DNA of 64,000 bases from Bacillus subtilis subsp. subtilis str. 168. Its GTDB lineage: Bacteria > Bacillota > Bacilli > Bacillales > Bacillaceae. The stretch spans positions 3,472,001 to 3,536,000 of the forward strand of contig NC_000964.3 in the NCBI RefSeq assembly GCF_000009045.1. The letters are read 5' to 3'. The position numbers were made by a program, and so were the translations under genes. Below the pieces are notes generated by a model. It did not search any database. It worked only from the letters and a program-made list of their open reading frames with translations, and was not told the DNA's origin. The first letter of the stretch is position 1, and each line of letters opens with the position of its first letter. Of the stretch, positions 38,780 through 49,110 are shown piece by piece.

Positions 38780-40471
38780 ATGCAATGGACACAGGCATAT
38801 ACGCCTATAGGGGGAAATTTGCTATTATCAGCGCTTGCCGCACTTGTACCGATTATTTTCTTTTTTTGGGCACTCGCGATTAAACGGATGAAGGGGTATA
38901 CAGCAGGCTTGGCCACATTGGGGATCGCCCTTATCATTGCTGTATTGGTTTATCGTATGCCGGCGGAAAAAGCGCTGATGTCCGCGACACAAGGAGCCGT
39001 ATACGGATTGTTGCCGATCGGCTGGATCATTGTGACGTCTGTTTTTTTGTATAAAATCACTGTGAAAACGGGACAGTTTGATATCATTCGCAGCTCTGTT
39101 CTCTCGATTACTGATGACCGACGGCTTCAAGCTCTCTTGATCGCTTTTTCATTCGGGGCTTTTTTAGAAGGGGCAGCAGGCTTCGGAGCGCCGGTCGCCA
39201 TTTCTGCCGCGCTGCTGGTCGGTCTCGGCTTTAATCCTCTTTATGCTGCGGGGATCTGTTTGATCGCCAATACGGCGCCGGTTGCCTTTGGGGCAATTGG
39301 GATTCCAATTACAGCCGTAGAAGGGCCGACAGGGATTCCGGCGATGGAGATTTCGCAAATGGTTGGGCGGCAGCTGCCGTTTTTATCCGTATTTATTCCT
39401 CTTTATTTAATCATCATCATGAGCGGGTTCAGGAAAGCCTTGGAGATCTGGCCGGCGATTCTCGTATCCGGTGTTTCCTTTGCTGTTGTTCAATATCTCA
39501 GTTCCAATTTTTTAGGGCCTGAGCTGCCCGATGTTTTGTCAGCTCTTGTTTCAATGGCTGCGCTTGCTGTGTTTTTGAAATGGTGGAAGCCGAAAACAAC
39601 ATTCCGGTTTGCCGGTGAACAAGAGTCGGCCGCCTCAATTGAAACGGCGCGCACAAATCCGGCGGCGCCTGCATACAGAGGCGGACAGATTTTTAAGGCT
39701 TGGTCGCCATTTCTGCTGCTGACGGCGATGATTTCCGTATGGGGCATTCCATCTGTCAAATCCGCGCTGACCGGGCATTATGAAGGCTCTGCGGTGTTCT
39801 TGAAGTGGCTGAATGCTGTTGGAGAAAAACTGACTTTTTCCCCCGGTGTGCCTTTTTTGAACAATCAGATTGTCAATGCTGACGGTACGCCGATTGAAGC
39901 GGTTTACAAGTTGGAGGTGCTTGGTTCGGCCGGCACCGCGATATTGATTGCCGCAGTGCTGTCAAAATTCATCACGGCGATTTCGTGGAAAGACTGGGGA
40001 ACCGTTTTTAAAGAAACAGTCCAGGAATTGAAGCTTCCGATTTTGACCATTGCTTCTGTCGTTGGTTTTGCCTATGTCACCAACTCCTCGGGAATGAGCA
40101 CGACACTCGGGATGACACTCGCGCTGACAGGTTCGATGTTTACCTTCTTTTCGCCCGTTCTCGGCTGGCTCGGCGTCTTCATTACCGGCTCGGATACTTC
40201 TGCCAACCTGCTGTTCGGCAACCTGCAGAAAGTCACCGCATTATCAGTCGGCATGGACCCCGTTCTGTCTGTGGCCGCCAACTCTTCAGGCGGTGTCACA
40301 GGAAAAATGATTTCACCGCAGTCGATAGCGGTGGCGTGCGCCGCGGTAGGACTCGCCGGAAAGGAGTCAGATCTTTTCCGCTTTACCATTAAACACAGTC
40401 TGTTTTTGCTGCTGCTCGTCTGTATCATCACCTTTTTGCAGCATCACGTATTCAGCTGGATGATTCCTTAA
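38780..40471 (+). CDS. lutP: L-lactate permease (LctP family; yvfH)
   Basis: FLEGAAGFGAPVAI, ANTAPVAFGAIG and TGKMISPQSIA motifs. Confidence 0.96.
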   Translation: MQWTQAYTPIGGNLLLSALAALVPIIFFFWALAIKRMKGYTAGLATLGIALIIAVLVYRMPAEKALMSATQGAVYGLLPIGWIIVTSVFLYKITVKTGQFDIIRSSVLSITDDRRLQALLIAFSFGAFLEGAAGFGAPVAISAALLVGLGFNPLYAAGICLIANTAPVAFGAIGIPITAVEGPTGIPAMEISQMVGRQLPFLSVFIPLYLIIIMSGFRKALEIWPAILVSGVSFAVVQYLSSNFLGPELPDVLSALVSMAALAVFLKWWKPKTTFRFAGEQESAASIETARTNPAAPAYRGGQIFKAWSPFLLLTAMISVWGIPSVKSALTGHYEGSAVFLKWLNAVGEKLTFSPGVPFLNNQIVNADGTPIEAVYKLEVLGSAGTAILIAAVLSKFITAISWKDWGTVFKETVQELKLPILTIASVVGFAYVTNSSGMSTTLGMTLALTGSMFTFFSPVLGWLGVFITGSDTSANLLFGNLQKVTALSVGMDPVLSVAANSSGGVTGKMISPQSIAVACAAVGLAGKESDLFRFTIKHSLFLLLLVCIITFLQHHVFSWMIP

Positions 40472-40500
40472 AAAAATCCTCCCGTCTAGGGAGGATTTTA
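40469..40500. terminator. Bidirectional terminator between lutP and sigL
   Basis: AAAATCCTCCC-gtcta-GGGAGGATTTT. Confidence 0.85.
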
Positions 40501-41808
40501 TTTATATCGCTTTCTCGCTGCCGATGACGGAATATTCATTTGATCGCGATATTTTGCCACGGTGCGTCTCGAGATTTGGATGCCGTGTTGTTCATACAGC
40601 AAATCGACAAGCTTTTGGTCTGAAAGCGGTTTTGTTTTGTCCTCTTGATTGATCAGGTTTTCCAGATGCGTTTTGACTGCATAATTCGACGCATCTCCAT
40701 CACCTGAAGCCTCGGCTTTTGCTGAGAAAAAGAGTTTCATCTCAAACAGCCCGTAAGGCGTTTGTATTGTTTTCCCTTTAATGGCCCGGCTCACAGTTGA
40801 TTCATGAAGGCTTAGACAGTCTGCCACCTCTCTGAGAGTCAGCGGCTTCATTGCGCTTCGCCCTTTCAGAAAGAAATCCTTTTGGCGTGTGATCAGTTCA
40901 TTGATAATTCTCGTGATTGTCTGTTTTCGCTGCCGCAGCGCGCGGCTCAGCCAGCGCCACTCCTGATATTTCGCAGATAAATAGGAGACAGTATCCTGAC
41001 AGGAGCCGGATGATAAAAGCGTTCTGTACTGCGGATGCAGATCGATCTCGGGAAACGAGCGGGTATTCAGTTCCGCTGCGATGTGCCCATTTTTTACGGT
41101 GATAAAAATGTCAGGCTCAATATACACATCTTGCTCTGGCCGGGCAAACAGAAGGCCAGGTCTAGGATGAAGAGCCGCGATATCATCTGAGATATCTTGA
41201 ATGGTATGAAGCGGAATTCCCGTCTCTACTGAAAGCGTTTTCCATTTTTTTTGCGCAAAAGCATCAAAATGAGCTGAAACCAGCATTTCCGCTTGTTCAT
41301 TTCTGTTCGGCAGCCGCTGTAATTGAAGAAGGATGCATTCCTGCAAAGATCTCGCGCCGATTCCAGCCGGTTCTAACGACTGGAGTTTTGCCAAAACAGC
41401 CTCCGCTTCCTTGGCCGATACAGATAATCGCCGTGCTGCCTCCTCTATATCTTCTTCCAAGTACCCGTTTGAATCAAGCGAATGAATCAGATAATTAAAA
41501 ATCTTTTTTTCAGTGTTTGTCAGATTCATATCGAGTGACTGCTGTTTTAACGCATCCTGCAATGTTTTTTGCGGATTACTTAATTGAAGGCCCGCTTCCT
41601 GTGCATTCATCCTGTTTTTGTTTGTTTTATGGTAAGATAGTGGCGGTGTGTCTGTTTCCTTTCGTTCAATAAGAGGGTTTTCCAGTGAGAGCTCATCAAT
41701 GTACTCGGCGAGTTCTGCCGAATGATAGCCAAGCAGCGTGATGGCCTGCCTGAGCTCCTGTGTCAGTTGAGGCTTTAATACTTGTACTTGCTGAAGTTTC
41801 ATATCCAT
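40498..41808 (-). CDS. sigL: RNA polymerase sigma-54 factor, 436 aa
   Basis: RpoN box ISRRTVAKYR; LHESTVSRA; Gln-rich region I; ATG 41808. Confidence 0.98.
   Translation of the reverse strand: MDMKLQQVQVLKPQLTQELRQAITLLGYHSAELAEYIDELSLENPLIERKETDTPPLSYHKTNKNRMNAQEAGLQLSNPQKTLQDALKQQSLDMNLTNTEKKIFNYLIHSLDSNGYLEEDIEEAARRLSVSAKEAEAVLAKLQSLEPAGIGARSLQECILLQLQRLPNRNEQAEMLVSAHFDAFAQKKWKTLSVETGIPLHTIQDISDDIAALHPRPGLLFARPEQDVYIEPDIFITVKNGHIAAELNTRSFPEIDLHPQYRTLLSSGSCQDTVSYLSAKYQEWRWLSRALRQRKQTITRIINELITRQKDFFLKGRSAMKPLTLREVADCLSLHESTVSRAIKGKTIQTPYGLFEMKLFFSAKAEASGDGDASNYAVKTHLENLINQEDKTKPLSDQKLVDLLYEQHGIQISRRTVAKYRDQMNIPSSAARKRYK
41230..41243. promoter_or_regulatory. Intragenic cre in sigL
   Basis: TGAAAGCGTTTTCC (plus-strand reading) matches the cre consensus. 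Confidence 0.75.
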
Positions 41809-41886
41809 CTTGCTCACTCCCCTTTCTTCATTGTACATGATTGAGATCACACCGTATACATTTATGAAAAAGGAGCTGCCAAAGAA

Positions 41887-42105
41887 ATGTCTGAACTTTT
41901 TTCCGTCCCTTATTTTATTGAGAATTTAAAACAGCATATTGAAATGAATCAGTCTGAGGATAAAATCCACGCGATGAACAGCTACTACCGTTCCGTCGTC
42001 TCAACACTAGTGCAGGACCAGCTGACGAAAAACGCAGTTGTCCTGAAACGGATTCAGCATTTAGATGAAGCATACAACAAAGTCAAACGTGGAGAATCAA
42101 AATAA
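41887..42105 (+). CDS. yvfG: Small protein of unknown function, 72 aa
   Basis: ORF with AAGGAG RBS, divergent from sigL, followed by a terminator. Confidence 0.8.
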   Translation: MSELFSVPYFIENLKQHIEMNQSEDKIHAMNSYYRSVVSTLVQDQLTKNAVVLKRIQHLDEAYNKVKRGESK

Positions 42106-42136
42106 ACCTTCCGCTCACATGTGAGCAGGAAGGTTT
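42104..42136. terminator. Terminator shared by yvfG and the eps operon, overlapping the epsO 3' end
   Basis: AAACCTTCC-GCTCAC-at-GTGAGC-a-GGAAGGTTT. Confidence 0.8.
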
Positions 42137-43083
42137 TCCTTCTTTGAGGCGTGCTGGATGAGACGGGTGCTTGGCACGCCTTCCATCCAGGTATGAAAGT
42201 AATTGGCGTTTTTCCCGTAGGAATTATCAATGACCGTGTTTTCTTTTTGAAGAAGAGAAGACAGGATGTGGCCGTGCAGCCTTGATGTTTCCACCGATTC
42301 GTAACGGCTGAAAAACCGAATCGCTTTTTGGACGATATAATCCGAGTATTTTTCCCATATATACGCAATGGGCAAAGGGTTGCCTGCTTTTTTATTCAAG
42401 ACGTTCAGCGTTTGGAGAAAAGCAATCGTCCGGCGGTCTGAAGCTGACAGCACCGTGCGCCAGTCGTAGCTTTCCGCTTCTGCGTGTTCCTGAAGCGCCT
42501 GGTTTGCTTCATGATCTGTTCGGATAAATCTCAGCTTTTGATTGGACGGCTGCTGCGTGGGAATGACGGGAAACAGCTGATGAGCCATATCAGGCAGAAG
42601 CTGAATGTGATTTGTTGTAAAATAGGCCTGTGCCGTAGCATAGGAGGCTTTTTCCCTTGTCATGATGTGAAGGTTCGCATGCTTAGAAAATATCTCTGCC
42701 GTCCGCTTGAGGTTGTCTTTGTTTTGAAAATAAATCGATTGCGGCAGGATCACAATTTTGTGGTTCGGATAGGTTTGGACGATTTTCTCTCTAAAGCCTT
42801 GATAATACGGATACAGATCCCCGAAGTTTCCGCCTCCCTGGCAGACGATGATGAGATTCGGATCAAGCTTTCGCCCGATTGGGAAATTGTCTGGATTCCA
42901 GCGTTTTCTGACCCGAATCCCGTGTTCTTTAAAGAAGGCTTCTGTTCCTTTCATAATAAATAAATCCCCTACATTCCCATATAGAGGATAGTCAGCATAT
43001 ATAATCTCTGATTGTTTCGGAATGACGTCGAGCAGCCCGGACAGTTTCTGTTTCAGGCTGATCATCGAATGCTTGCTGTCCAT
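42115..43083 (-). CDS. epsO: Polysaccharide pyruvyl transferase
   Basis: NVGDLFI, GGGNFGDLY and TSRLHGHI motifs. Confidence 0.93.
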   Translation of the reverse strand: MDSKHSMISLKQKLSGLLDVIPKQSEIIYADYPLYGNVGDLFIMKGTEAFFKEHGIRVRKRWNPDNFPIGRKLDPNLIIVCQGGGNFGDLYPYYQGFREKIVQTYPNHKIVILPQSIYFQNKDNLKRTAEIFSKHANLHIMTREKASYATAQAYFTTNHIQLLPDMAHQLFPVIPTQQPSNQKLRFIRTDHEANQALQEHAEAESYDWRTVLSASDRRTIAFLQTLNVLNKKAGNPLPIAYIWEKYSDYIVQKAIRFFSRYESVETSRLHGHILSSLLQKENTVIDNSYGKNANYFHTWMEGVPSTRLIQHASKKENLPAHM

Positions 43084-44228
43084 TTCTTCACCTCGACAGT
43101 ATGGAATAAGTGCAGTAGCACTTCAATGACCCGGCCTTGCTCATCTTCTGTCATATTGGACCCCGATGGGAGACAGATTCCTCGCTTGAACAAATCTTCG
43201 CATACGCTTCCTGTATCTTCATGAGAATAAAATAAAGCCGGATCGAACAGCGGCTGGGTATGGAGCGGCTTCCACAGCGGACGGGCTTCAATGTTTTCTT
43301 CAGCAAGACGTTGAACTATGTCATATGGGCTGAGCCCGTTATCAAGTGTGAGCGTGGTGAGCCAGCGATTGGATACGCCTGCTGCGTACTCTGGCATAAA
43401 GCGGACGCCGTCTAAGTGACCGAGCGCATTTTTGTATCTCGTGAAAATGGTCCTTCTTTTCTCCACTCGCTCATCCAGCACCTCAAGCTGGGCAATGCCG
43501 ACGCCGGCTAAGATATTGCTCAGCCTGTAATTATGTCCAATTTCACTGTGCTGATAATGAACAGCCGGCTCTCGTGCCTGCGAAGCGAGAAATCTTGCTT
43601 TTTCAATTGCGGCTTCATCATTTGAAACGAGCATCCCTCCCCCTGATGTGGTGATGATTTTGTTCCCGTTAAATGAAAAAATGCCGAAGCGCCCGAATGT
43701 TCCGCTTTGCTTCCCTTTATAGACTGTGCCGAGAGATTCGGCTGCGTCCTCAATGACAGGAACTCCGTATGCATCACACAGGCTTACGATTTCATCCATT
43801 TTCGCGCTCTGCCCATATAGATTGACGGCAATTACCGCTTTTGGCAGTGTTCCGTTTCTTTTCGCTTCCTCCAATGCTCTTTCAAGGGCTGTCGGCGACA
43901 TATTCCACGTATCAGGCTCAGAATCAATAAAGACGGGCACCGCTTTTTCATATAGAATCGGATTGGCGGTTGCTACAAATGTGAAGGACTGGCAAAACAC
44001 GCTGTCACCTTCTTTTACCTCAAGCAAACGCAGCGCGAGATGAATCGCCGCCGTTCCTGAGCCGACCGCAGCTGCTGCTTTTACACCGACTCGTTCTGCC
44101 AGCTGTTCTTCAAATGAATTCACGAGCGGCCCAAGCGGCGCAATCCAGTTTGAGCGAAAGGCTTCTGAAATATAGTGCTGCTCCCTGCCGCTCATATGAG
44201 GGGGAGATAAGTAGATTTTTTTATGCAT
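43062..44228 (-). CDS. epsN: DegT/DnrJ PLP sugar aminotransferase (bacillosamine pathway), 388 aa
   Basis: IEDAAESLG and FSFNGNKIITTSGGG (PLP lysine); overlaps epsO by 22 nt. Confidence 0.95.
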   Translation of the reverse strand: MHKKIYLSPPHMSGREQHYISEAFRSNWIAPLGPLVNSFEEQLAERVGVKAAAAVGSGTAAIHLALRLLEVKEGDSVFCQSFTFVATANPILYEKAVPVFIDSEPDTWNMSPTALERALEEAKRNGTLPKAVIAVNLYGQSAKMDEIVSLCDAYGVPVIEDAAESLGTVYKGKQSGTFGRFGIFSFNGNKIITTSGGGMLVSNDEAAIEKARFLASQAREPAVHYQHSEIGHNYRLSNILAGVGIAQLEVLDERVEKRRTIFTRYKNALGHLDGVRFMPEYAAGVSNRWLTTLTLDNGLSPYDIVQRLAEENIEARPLWKPLHTQPLFDPALFYSHEDTGSVCEDLFKRGICLPSGSNMTEDEQGRVIEVLLHLFHTVEVKKWTASIR

Positions 44229-44232
44229 AGAA

Positions 44233-44883
44233 TCATCCTTTGTTTGATGTTTGAATGGAAGAAATGATGCGTGCCGGAGCACCGGCCGCCGTTACCCTGT
44301 CCGGTATGGAACGGATCACCGCGGAGCCGGCTCCGACAATGCTCCAAGCCCCGATTATGATCTGCGGTATGACGGATGCACCGGTTCCGACGTGAGCGCC
44401 TTCCTGAACGGAAACCGCTCCTGACAGCGTGGCACGCGGGGACAGATGAACGTAATCGCTGATTTGATTGTCGTGCTCTGCCACTGCACCCGTATTGATG
44501 ATGCAGTGGGCGCCGATGCGCGCATCCGCCTGAATGATCGCGCCCGCCATAATCACTGTCCCTTCCCCAATGACAGCCGACTTGCTGACGATGGCTGACG
44601 GGTGAATCAATGTAATAAAATCATCTTTCCCCAGTCCCAGTCGCTCCGCCAGCTGTTTTCTGACACTGTTATTCCCAACAGCAATCAGAAACAGCACATC
44701 AGGAATGAGCCTGCGCAGTTCAGTAACGGCTTTCGGCGGTCCTGTGTACCATTCTTTTCCGCCTTCGAACGTTTTGAATTTATCATCCAGCACCGCGGCT
44801 AAGCGCGTATCTGAGCGGGCGTTTATCAGCTCTCTGATCACCTTTCCGTGACCGCCGTCACCCACAATGGCCACATTTTTCAT
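44233..44883 (-). CDS. epsM: Hexapeptide-repeat sugar acetyltransferase (PglD-like), 216 aa
   Basis: GDGGHG, left-handed beta-helix repeats and AEHD catalytic His. Confidence 0.94.
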   Translation of the reverse strand: MKNVAIVGDGGHGKVIRELINARSDTRLAAVLDDKFKTFEGGKEWYTGPPKAVTELRRLIPDVLFLIAVGNNSVRKQLAERLGLGKDDFITLIHPSAIVSKSAVIGEGTVIMAGAIIQADARIGAHCIINTGAVAEHDNQISDYVHLSPRATLSGAVSVQEGAHVGTGASVIPQIIIGAWSIVGAGSAVIRSIPDRVTAAGAPARIISSIQTSNKG

Positions 44884-45488
44884 GAGGACACATCTCCGCT
44901 TCCGGTAAACCGTTCCGCGGTCACATGATTGGTTTGCTGAATCCCTTCTGAAACAAGGACCTTTCGCACCGTCAAACATAAAATTTTCAAATCGAGAAAA
45001 AATGACCAGTTGTCAACGTACCAAACATCTAATTCAAATTTCTTTTCCCAGGAAATCGCGTTTCTGCCATTGATTTGCGCCCAGCCTGTGATACCCGGCT
45101 TCACCTCATGGCGCCGTGCCTGTTTTTCTGTATAAAGAGGCAGATAGTCCATCAAAAGCGGCCGCGGCCCGACAAGGCTCAGATCGCCCTTCAGGACATT
45201 CAGGAGCTGCGGAAGCTCATCAATGCTCAGCTTTCTGATCAGCCTGCCCGTTTTCGTCAGCCGGACTTCATCAGGCAGCAGATTTCCTTTACTGTCCCGT
45301 TCATCCGTCATTGTCCGGAACTTATATAGGGTGAACGGTTTGCCGTGCAGGCCCGGCCTTACTTGCTTAAAGAAGACAGGTGATCCTATTTTCAGCCTGA
45401 CAACGGCGATGGTGAACAGAATGATCACACTTGTACAGCACAACAAAAAAATGGCGGCCGTCAGATCAAAAAGTCGTTTCAGGATCAA
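44880..45488 (-). CDS. epsL: Priming phosphoglycosyl transferase (PglC-like), TTG start, 202 aa
   Basis: KRLFD, KFRTM, SIDELPQ and SLVGPRP motifs. Confidence 0.94.
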   Translation of the reverse strand: MILKRLFDLTAAIFLLCCTSVIILFTIAVVRLKIGSPVFFKQVRPGLHGKPFTLYKFRTMTDERDSKGNLLPDEVRLTKTGRLIRKLSIDELPQLLNVLKGDLSLVGPRPLLMDYLPLYTEKQARRHEVKPGITGWAQINGRNAISWEKKFELDVWYVDNWSFFLDLKILCLTVRKVLVSEGIQQTNHVTAERFTGSGDVSS

Positions 45489-47002
45489 AGATTCACAGCT
45501 CCTTTCGTTTTTCGAAACCGTTTTAATACCAGCTGTCTTTCCTCTTTTGTACAAACGAGCATAAAAGCGAAAACAGCGTAGCAAAAGCTGACTGTCACTC
45601 CCGTCGCTATCAATGACGGCCAGCTGTCAATCTTCACAATGAACTGAATTGCCTTACAGACCGTCCAGGCAAATACAGCGGCTGAAAGAGGCCCGATTAT
45701 GCCTTTAAGGAACACGTGCTTTTTGTAGCCTGTAATGCGGGATACGTAAAGCGGCGTAAAGATGGCATTTTTTAAAATAAGAGAAATGGCCCCTGCCAAT
45801 GTTATGCCGTACAGACCGAGATGAGCCGGCCCGCTCAGCGTGACCGCCAGCACCACATTCACCGCACCTAACAGCAGGGTAACAATCGCCGGTGTTTTTT
45901 GTTGATTAAAAGCGGTCCATATATAAAACAGCGGCATAAAGGCGAGGCTGACAACCAAGTATCCGGCATGAATAAATAAAAGCGGTGCTATCGTTGAAAA
46001 GGACGGTCCGAGCCAGATTGTCAGAAAAGGTCCCGCCAATCCGCCCAATAAGGCAGCAGGAAGTGCAAGCAAAAGACCATTGAGCCTTACTGCCTTATTG
46101 GCGTAATTCATCAATCCTTCCATATCGCCTTTTGAATAATATGAAGTCATGATGGGCGCAAACAGGGATGCGACCGTTCCGGCCAAGCTGCGCAAAAGCA
46201 GCGGAAACTGGATAATCGCCGCGTATTTCCCGGATGCAGACGCCCCCAGCATCAAATTGGCGGTTAACAGATCAATCTGCAAAAAAAGCAGGACGCCGAT
46301 TTGATTGACGGAGCTCCATGCGCCCGCTTGAAACAGCTCCTTGCTTGTACGGAATGAAAGATCCTTCATACGAAACGAAAACCACGGAATCAGCTTTTTG
46401 AAGAAATAGAAAGACAGCACAGACGCAATAACAGCACCAGCTAAAGCTGCAAGCTGGATCTGCCAGATTTTCGGCGCAAAGCATGCAAACAGGAGCAGCA
46501 CAGACAGCACCCGTATAAGCATTTGCACCGCCTGAATGGAACTGGTGATATAAAGGCGGTTGGCATAAAATGGTGCAGCGCCGAAGCCCGCCATCAGAAA
46601 CGTTAAAATAAACAGCACACTGCCGATTAAAATCGACAAACGCACATCTGCCAAAAGCGCTTGCGGCACATTCATGACGCGGTCAATAAAAAAAGCCGAA
46701 CCCGCAAGCGGCAGCAAGAGCAGCAAGGAAATCAAAACAGAGGCGGCTAAATAATTGCTGATATACGCATTTGCTTTCTCCCGCTCTCCCCTGTGGGCAG
46801 CAACAGAAAAGAACCGAACGACAACCGAGCTGAGCGCCACGGTAATAACCGAAAAGTAATTAATCACATTTTGTGTCAAGTGAACAAAGCCAAACGCTTC
46901 GACACCGAGCGTTTTGACAATAAAAGGCGTCATCCAAACCGATAGGAAAACAGACAAGAGAAAAGCCGTGAGATTCGCGCTGAAATTTATCGTGAATTTC
47001 AT
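45485..47002 (-). CDS. epsK: Polysaccharide flippase/exporter (Wzx/MOP), 505 aa
   Basis: About 12-14 TM segments; ATG 47002 overlaps the epsJ stop. Confidence 0.92.
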   Translation of the reverse strand: MKFTINFSANLTAFLLSVFLSVWMTPFIVKTLGVEAFGFVHLTQNVINYFSVITVALSSVVVRFFSVAAHRGEREKANAYISNYLAASVLISLLLLLPLAGSAFFIDRVMNVPQALLADVRLSILIGSVLFILTFLMAGFGAAPFYANRLYITSSIQAVQMLIRVLSVLLLFACFAPKIWQIQLAALAGAVIASVLSFYFFKKLIPWFSFRMKDLSFRTSKELFQAGAWSSVNQIGVLLFLQIDLLTANLMLGASASGKYAAIIQFPLLLRSLAGTVASLFAPIMTSYYSKGDMEGLMNYANKAVRLNGLLLALPAALLGGLAGPFLTIWLGPSFSTIAPLLFIHAGYLVVSLAFMPLFYIWTAFNQQKTPAIVTLLLGAVNVVLAVTLSGPAHLGLYGITLAGAISLILKNAIFTPLYVSRITGYKKHVFLKGIIGPLSAAVFAWTVCKAIQFIVKIDSWPSLIATGVTVSFCYAVFAFMLVCTKEERQLVLKRFRKTKGAVNL

Positions 47003-48033
47003 GCCTGCTTCGCACTGCCTTTCATTGTCCCCCGCTGCTCGAAAAACAGCTTGATGAGAAAAGTGAGCCGCCATTTACACAGTGCTAATACCAAACGCTC
47101 TCCTCTTAATAATTTCTCATGCTGAAACGGTGTATGTCTGACAGCCTGCCGCACCATGTCATAGGATAAAATCTGTCTGATCTTCTTTTTGATGTCTTTC
47201 GGCGAATTCGGAGAAGCACAGGCATTTGCCAAAAGCATCGGAAGCTGGTGCCTGCAAATGTACACATTCAAATCTTCTTTACATGCGCCTGCTAAGCCGT
47301 AGTGATTGTAGAATGCGATTTTAGCCTGATATTGTTTTTGAAGATGTTCATCCATCGCCGGCTTATAAGGGATTTCTGTCAGGCTGTTCGGGTTTTCACG
47401 ATAAATGTACAATCCTTCATCAAGCATTTTCACCCGCTCCGCTTCGCGAAAAGCGGACAAATTAAAGGGAGAGTCTTCAGCAAAACGGATGTCTTCATCA
47501 AACAGCAGATTCGCCCTTTCAAAAAGCTCACGACGGTAAAGATAACGCCATACATACCAGATAAATCTCGTTTCGTGAGCATGTTTAAGCTGTTCAGTCA
47601 TTTCTGGTTTCGTCAGCACGCGGTTTGCCTCAAGCTGCGGCGGCACATATGTCCGCCTGTCCGATGACTGCTTGTAAAAACCGCATCCGACGATGTCAAG
47701 CTGATTTTGCTCCGCTTCTTCAGTCAGCCTCTGGAACATGGCGGATGATACATAATCGTCTCCGTCTACAAAGCCGATGTAAGTGCCCCGCGCGGCCTTT
47801 ATTCCCGTATTTCGCGCTGAACTAAGCCCGCCGTTTGCCTGATGAATGACCCGGATTCTCGCATCCCGTTTTGCATAGTCCTCTGCAATTTCGCCTGAAC
47901 GATCCGGTGTTCCGTCATTCACGAGGATGATTTCAATATCAGAAAGCGTTTGACGAAGCAAAGAATCAATGCACTCTTCTATAAATGGTTCAACATTATA
48001 CATCGGGACAATAATGCTGACGAGCGGGATCAT
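46999..48033 (-). CDS. epsJ: GT2 glycosyltransferase
   Basis: SIIVPMYN, NDGT, GLSSARN and FVDGDD motifs. Confidence 0.94.
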   Translation of the reverse strand: MIPLVSIIVPMYNVEPFIEECIDSLLRQTLSDIEIILVNDGTPDRSGEIAEDYAKRDARIRVIHQANGGLSSARNTGIKAARGTYIGFVDGDDYVSSAMFQRLTEEAEQNQLDIVGCGFYKQSSDRRTYVPPQLEANRVLTKPEMTEQLKHAHETRFIWYVWRYLYRRELFERANLLFDEDIRFAEDSPFNLSAFREAERVKMLDEGLYIYRENPNSLTEIPYKPAMDEHLQKQYQAKIAFYNHYGLAGACKEDLNVYICRHQLPMLLANACASPNSPKDIKKKIRQILSYDMVRQAVRHTPFQHEKLLRGERLVLALCKWRLTFLIKLFFEQRGTMKGSAKQA

Positions 48034-49106
48034 TGCGCTTCACCGCTGATTTTGTCACGCAGACCTTTAAAATACACATCTCTCGGAAAGCCTGCACGGG
48101 ATGTTTCTTTTGTTAAAAGCTCATTGACTGCGGCTGTTACGCGCTCTGGCTCCGGATGTTCTATCAGCTTCATGAACGGGATGTCTTTAAGCCATTGATA
48201 GCCCTCCATCACCTTATGGTCAAAGGAGCGAATGACAACACACGGCGTTCCTGTCAGCGCGCAAAAAATCATGCCATGAAGCCTGTCAGTGACGACGGCT
48301 TCTGCGCTTTGCAGCTTAGACCACAGTGCTTCAAGTTCATGTTCGCGTGTATCGCGGCTGACCCGGCGGCCGATCGTTGTCGTAAAGGATTTGATCTCGC
48401 CGAATTCCTCACATAGCGCAGCCTTGACCCGGTTCCTCTGCTCCTCCTGAAGCACGCTTTCCTGATCCTCGCGCAAACACATATAAACCCCTTCGCGTTC
48501 TGCGGGAGCCTTGCTTCTGTCTAAATACAGCACCATGTCCGGCTGCTTCAAAATTGTTTTTTCTTGAAAATGCTGTTTCATAAATTGATACGTTGTTTCA
48601 TCCCGCGCCATCAGCAATAGGCCGGGGTGCGCATTATAAATTTTCTGTGCCCGTTTCAGCTCTTTGCGCCCTTTTTTCGTGTCAGAAAAATGAGCCGTTG
48701 CCGGAAGCTGGACAACCCGATAGTCATGGAATGTTTTAATGATGAAGCGGCGCGTCCACTCCTCATAACGGTATAAATCCCCCATGTTTCCGCCGCCGAT
48801 GATAAAGACCATATCCTCCGGATGGCGCGAGCGGATCAGGCTTTTTGCTGATTTGTAAATGTCCTTCATATCGACCTCGACGATGTCAAAGTCCGGGTAT
48901 TCTTGCTCAAGAAATGCCTTGCTGGCATAAGCAATTGCGTGATCTCCCAAATTGTCATGGGACGGCAGCAGGGTCAGTATGATTTTTTTCTGATGTGCTG
49001 CGGCCTTTACCGGTTGATCTGCCGCTCCCAGCCAATATTGGGACGGGTATTTGACCTTTAGCAGCAGCCATTCTGCAAAATTGATTTTCAACGATTGTAA
49101 CGACAT
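48030..49106 (-). CDS. epsI: Polysaccharide pyruvyl transferase
   Basis: NLGDHAI, GGGNMGDLY and TDRLHG motifs. Confidence 0.93.
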   Translation of the reverse strand: MSLQSLKINFAEWLLLKVKYPSQYWLGAADQPVKAAAHQKKIILTLLPSHDNLGDHAIAYASKAFLEQEYPDFDIVEVDMKDIYKSAKSLIRSRHPEDMVFIIGGGNMGDLYRYEEWTRRFIIKTFHDYRVVQLPATAHFSDTKKGRKELKRAQKIYNAHPGLLLMARDETTYQFMKQHFQEKTILKQPDMVLYLDRSKAPAEREGVYMCLREDQESVLQEEQRNRVKAALCEEFGEIKSFTTTIGRRVSRDTREHELEALWSKLQSAEAVVTDRLHGMIFCALTGTPCVVIRSFDHKVMEGYQWLKDIPFMKLIEHPEPERVTAAVNELLTKETSRAGFPRDVYFKGLRDKISGEAQ

Positions 49107-49110
49107 GTCC

